DNA of 64,000 nt. Source: Fistulifera solaris. Taxonomy: Eukaryota. This document shows positions 59,825 to 64,000 of this stretch, piece by piece (position 1 is the first letter of the stretch; each line of letters starts with the position of its first letter). The notes below the pieces were generated by a model that saw only the letters and a list, made by a program, of their open reading frames with translations, did not search any database and was not told where the DNA came from. The stretch spans positions 434,001 to 498,000 of the forward strand of contig AP026128.1 in NCBI GenBank assembly GCA_030295235.1, read 5' to 3'. Both the position numbers and the translations under genes were made by a program.

Positions 59825-61663
59825 ATGTCGTTGGGTCTCCTTGCGAAAGATTCCATTCAGGACTTCACGTTGCTGCTGAAGGAGAAAGACGATACAGATT
59901 CAAACTGCGAAGATGGAACGACCCCTTTACATTCTTCCGATCTTGATGATTCAGTCGAGCATTTAGTTCCTACGGATCTTTCAACGGATGAGGGAGATTG
60001 CGAAATAGACACAACGAATGCATGTTCAGCAGCCCTCGAAGAAGGCTGCGAAACGGCAAGAACAGCTGCCGCGAATCCCCAACAGGCAAACGACGACAGC
60101 CGATCCGACTCTTCTAACAATACCCAGTACGCCGGTTTTGAGGCAGCATATCACTTCGATAGTCAGAATGATTCGAGCAAACTGGATTATTACCCGGAGA
60201 CTACGTTTTCAGTGCAGCAACACAATGCATTCTTCCCGAACTTGATACGCTGCCTTTTTCCTTGGGTGTTTCGAGAAAGTGAACACGAGGTGAAAGACTC
60301 AATTAAACCTAGAGAAGAAAATGGCGAATATGAAGTGAAGACAGATGATCAGGACTGTAAGAAGTCACAGGCAAACGGTTCACCGTTGAAGAAAGGAAAA
60401 ACAGAAGACGATGAACAATCTGCGAATAGTGACGCGCTAGGAGAGAAACTTTCTCGGAAAGACCGACAGGCTGTCCTTGCTCGCTTAGGTCTGGCTGAAC
60501 CAGGCACTGAAGCTAAGATTCTGAAAGAGAAGAAAGGGCTTTTGAATGGTATACCCACGTACGATACGTCTCCACTTGCATCCATTGAAGACTCACCAGA
60601 TTCATCAGAGAACAATGGAATTAAGGGTATTTTGAAACGCGCCTCTACGAAAGATTTATCTAATGCAAAGAAGATAGATACGGATGCTTCCAGCATCACA
60701 AGCAAGAATACAGCAAAAAGGCGGAGTCTCTTCCCTCAGTACGATACCACCCGTAAGGAAGGCAAAAAGCCCCCCGTTACATTTGCACCGATGGCACGTG
60801 TCGTTACCGTGAAATCCAAGAATGAGATGACACAAGAAGAGAAGGCGGACATTTGGTGGCAAAAGAGTGATTACGAAAATTTTAGAAAAACGGGGCGCAT
60901 GATCACCAAAGCCATTATGGAAGGCGGGAGCCAAATTTGGCTGTCTAATCAGTACCCCAAGGGTTCGTCTGCCATTGATTCCGGAGACACTCTCGGACAA
61001 GAAGGAGACAAGTGGTGGCACAAGTTTGGTCATTCAAGAAGAGGTCTTGAGCACGTTGTATCGCAGCAAGAAGGAAGAGAGCGTCAAATCAATGTCAGAA
61101 ACGCGATTCGAGCTGTTGTTGAAGAACACGCCCGCCAAAAAGCATACAAACGAGAAGATCCCGAGAAATTGCGAATAGTAGCGCTCAACCTGACATCCTG
61201 GGCGCGTGATCTGGCACTGGCCGCTGGATCGTCAGACGCTGATGCAGTCTCATCGTCCTTCTCTGCCGACCGAAAATCGCGTGAATTTTACTTATTGAAA
61301 ATGACGCGCGACAAGCAAAAGCCAATCGGCAGCATACCTGTTTTCATGCAGCCTCATCACCCTGGTTCGCCTCCTCCAAATGCAGTGGTGTGTGCGTTGT
61401 CGGACGCTCGGCAACAGCAGCGTCTTGACGCAAATACATCAGCTCAGTTACGGTTTCGTCAGCAAAGACGTGTACCATCGCTACCAACGTCAGAGGAGAA
61501 AGAGTCTACGGAACCCGTAAAAGAGCAAGGCCCATCCCAAAAAGGCGAAAGTCTAGCTCATCGCGCAGCGGGATTCTTAGTAAACGGCGAGAAAGTAGAT
61601 GCGTCGGGTGTTCTTGCTGGAATGGGTGTCCTGTCGAAAGAGCCTACTGCTGTGGCGACTTAA
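59825..61663 (+). CDS. Hypothetical protein, acidic disordered N-half plus the same VxF...RGLE...DPEKLR domain
   Basis: Intact 612-aa ORF; PVTFAPMARVVTV...IWWQKSDY...RRGLEH...DPEKLR. Confidence 0.78.
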   Translation: MSLGLLAKDSIQDFTLLLKEKDDTDSNCEDGTTPLHSSDLDDSVEHLVPTDLSTDEGDCEIDTTNACSAALEEGCETARTAAANPQQANDDSRSDSSNNTQYAGFEAAYHFDSQNDSSKLDYYPETTFSVQQHNAFFPNLIRCLFPWVFRESEHEVKDSIKPREENGEYEVKTDDQDCKKSQANGSPLKKGKTEDDEQSANSDALGEKLSRKDRQAVLARLGLAEPGTEAKILKEKKGLLNGIPTYDTSPLASIEDSPDSSENNGIKGILKRASTKDLSNAKKIDTDASSITSKNTAKRRSLFPQYDTTRKEGKKPPVTFAPMARVVTVKSKNEMTQEEKADIWWQKSDYENFRKTGRMITKAIMEGGSQIWLSNQYPKGSSAIDSGDTLGQEGDKWWHKFGHSRRGLEHVVSQQEGRERQINVRNAIRAVVEEHARQKAYKREDPEKLRIVALNLTSWARDLALAAGSSDADAVSSSFSADRKSREFYLLKMTRDKQKPIGSIPVFMQPHHPGSPPPNAVVCALSDARQQQRLDANTSAQLRFRQQRRVPSLPTSEEKESTEPVKEQGPSQKGESLAHRAAGFLVNGEKVDASGVLAGMGVLSKEPTAVAT

Positions 61664-61928
61664 TCACCTAAAGACTTCTCACTCTCTCTGACTTCTAGGA
61701 ATGAAGCCCAGGGTCTGTTTAGCCATTGAAAGAGACAAAAAATAGATACGGAGTAGTTATTATCGTTCACCCACCGCTGAGAACTTCGCATAGCGCCCGC
61801 TACTAAAATGGAAACGCCAGTAGCTGCTTGAACATCTAAAAAAATATAAATAGCTATGTGTTATCTATCACCCACACTACTATCTCTAACGTACCAATAA
61901 TGTTAAAATGGCGTGATGGCGACTATAA

Positions 61929-62653
61929 CTAGTCATCTCGGAGATACACGCTGACGAATTTCTCGCCATCCGGACCAACCGCCTCCTCAATCCAAAAGTT
62001 CCCGTCAAAATAAGCTGATTGTACACAATTTGACCTTCCTTGAAGCAACCCGAAGAAAGAAACACCGACGTTCTTGAAACCGAATACATCGGTGGTAATC
62101 TTGTCATAAACAAACGTAATAACCCCTCGTGCGTCCCCGGTCCACTTGCTTTGAGCCGTTATCGCATCCAAACCGAACGTTTTTTCGCTGAAACGAAGTG
62201 AATAGTTCATATCGGATTCGTCCACAAAGTGCAAATACACAGTCGCATCGTTCGGAAGAGCCCCCAGCGTGACGGCTTCCGTGCTGAACACGAGTCGCCA
62301 CGAAGATCCCGGTAGTTGCGCCGCTACACTCGACAGTGCTATCGGTGAGGGTCGCTTGGCAACAATCTGGCGAGCGTAATTAACAAAGGCGGCTCGGGTG
62401 ATAGGATCCAACTCTTTGGAACTAATTCCCTTGGCTTTCATAGCATTCAATTGAGCACGCAATTCTTGCAACTCGAATTCGCAACTATCCTTAGATGACT
62501 CTTTTGAGCTGCCAGATTTGTAGGATACGGGGATTGATGAAACCATCTTGTTGAGGATGGCGCCATGGGAAAACCAGAATTAGCGTAAAGGAAGCCCGAG
62601 GCCGCCATGTTCATAGAAAAGATCGCAAGGAGTCGGATGAAGCTAGTTCTCAT
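61929..62653 (-). CDS. PAP/fibrillin-like protein, probably plastid-targeted; frameshift near 62560
   Basis: Signal-like MRTSFIRLLAIFSMNMAASGF; LPGSSWRLVFSTE and SAYFDGNFWIE resemble fibrillin/lipocalin-fold motifs. Confidence 0.6.
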
Positions 62654-62871
62654 GTTGCTCCGTCAATTCGTAGTAAATGTATGTTTTATGACGCAGGCAG
62701 CAGCCGCACTTTGCGATTGGCGTCTCTGAGGTGGGTAATACGGTGGCACAGAAACAGCGTGTGCAACATTTGCTGCTCATGTCGACGCCGTAATTGAATG
62801 AAAATGAAACATTTGCGATGAGTGTATCTTGCGTCTTGCGTCGTAAAAACGTGGTCTTATAATCGTGACCT

Positions 62872-62931
62872 GTTCATGACTAAAATCAGTCAAGCGTCAA
62901 AAAAAGTAATCTACATTTTGAGACTATAGTC
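62872..62931 (-). repeat. Single degenerate copy of the dispersed repeat family
   Basis: Reverse complement actatagtctcaaaatgt...tttttgacgcttgactgattttagtcatgaac aligns with the 21646 copy. Confidence 0.5.
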
Positions 62932-63338
62932 CACTTCGAACTACACGCTTATGAATACATTTCGACATCGATAATCAAGTTGTGCATTGCAAAATGATGT
63001 AAATCAGAGGTAAATCTTGCAGCCTCCTCGAGAAAACAAGGCGAAATGATTACCATCGTGTACCAGGTATGTGAGAAGAACTTCTCCCTGATGAGGACTC
63101 ATGACTAAGATAGATCCAGTCTTGAAGAAGTGTCTTTTTGAACAAAAAACTAGGAAGGGTCGGAAGGGTACGATTCAGTGCGCCTTTCGACGATAAACAC
63201 CGATTTGTGTTTTGCCAGTTGACCTAGCGGAGTTGACACTCCATCAAGACGAGTATTAGATAATAACTTCCGACCAACATCCCGTATTGTTTATATCTCT
63301 ATTTATATCATGTATGTTTCGTGCGAGTGAGGATTGTT

Positions 63339-64000
63339 TCATTTCATGTGAACCATCATTTCAAAGGGATTGCTGAGTAATTCCTGCACTCGTACGTGAA
63401 ATCGCGCAAGCTGGGCCCCATCCACATATCGGTGATCAGCAGTCCACGTTATCGGTAAGATACTCGATGCAATTACTTCATCGTTCCTTCCGAATCGCGG
63501 GAGCCGTTGCAAGCGTCCTATAGCTCCCATGGCTAGTTGTGGCGGGACCAGTACGGGCTGCAAGGACAGACCGGCTCCTAGGGCACCAATATTTGACAAT
63601 GTAAACGTAGGACGTGTCGAGTCAAGTGCAATCTCATTACGGTTTTCTTTTAGCGAATCCAGTTTTTCTTGAATCTCGGCAATGGACATCGTGGCACAGT
63701 CTCCTAACACGGGAACGACAAGTCCTCTTGCCGTATCCATTGCAACTCCGATTTGATGTTGCGATTGCATGCGAATGGAACTTTCCGTATTCTTAGCAGC
63801 GTTCAAAACCGGAAAGTCCTTCAACGCTATACTGCACGCCTTGACAATAAAGGCCAGCAAACTAAGGTTCTTCGACATTGCTGAGTTAATTTCTTTCCGC
63901 ATCGCTAGCAGCTGTGTAACATCGATTTCGTCTCCCAGGCACATGTGAGGAATTTCCAGTGATTGCGTCATGGCTTTTGCCATTGCCCGTGTATAGCCCC
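63339..64000 (-). CDS. 2-oxoacid dehydrogenase E2 acyltransferase catalytic domain (branched-chain type likely; partial)
   Basis: IGVAMDTARGLVVP, TFTLSNIGA, catalytic WTADHRYVDG. Confidence 0.9.
   Translation of the reverse strand, partial: GYTRAMAKAMTQSLEIPHMCLGDEIDVTQLLAMRKEINSAMSKNLSLLAFIVKACSIALKDFPVLNAAKNTESSIRMQSQHQIGVAMDTARGLVVPVLGDCATMSIAEIQEKLDSLKENRNEIALDSTRPTFTLSNIGALGAGLSLQPVLVPPQLAMGAIGRLQRLPRFGRNDEVIASSILPITWTADHRYVDGAQLARFHVRVQELLSNPFEMMVHMK

Overview
Gene-dense eukaryotic DNA, most likely a pennate diatom (inference from a fucoxanthin-chlorophyll Lhcr gene, AF/SAF bipartite plastid presequences, short GT-AG introns and diatom-type gene families). About 24 protein-coding loci, including an OSCA/TMEM63-like channel, UTP20, CENH3, a Sir2, a CLC channel, PRP19, a rhomboid, a myosin, a ~9 kb Rav1/DMXL-like gene with PDZ/SH2/DEP/C2 modules, adenylosuccinate synthetase, Lhcr, RPS3, a double-CP12 protein, a SHAQKYF Myb, an MFS transporter and an E2 acyltransferase. 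Many conserved genes are broken by 1-nt shifts, often at homopolymers, which most likely reflects assembly error. The best non-coding observations are: (1) a 542-bp internally deleted LTR retroelement (identical LTRs, 5-bp TSD, gag stub) whose primer-binding site is complementary to its own LTR rather than to a tRNA 3' end, suggesting Tf1-like self-priming in a copia-like element; (2) two tandem arrays 17 kb apart built from the same CAGA-N3-TCTG palindrome; (3) a dispersed intergenic repeat family that mostly occurs in pairs; (4) a long nested hairpin filling the Lhcr intron. All calls are by eye; no searches were run.
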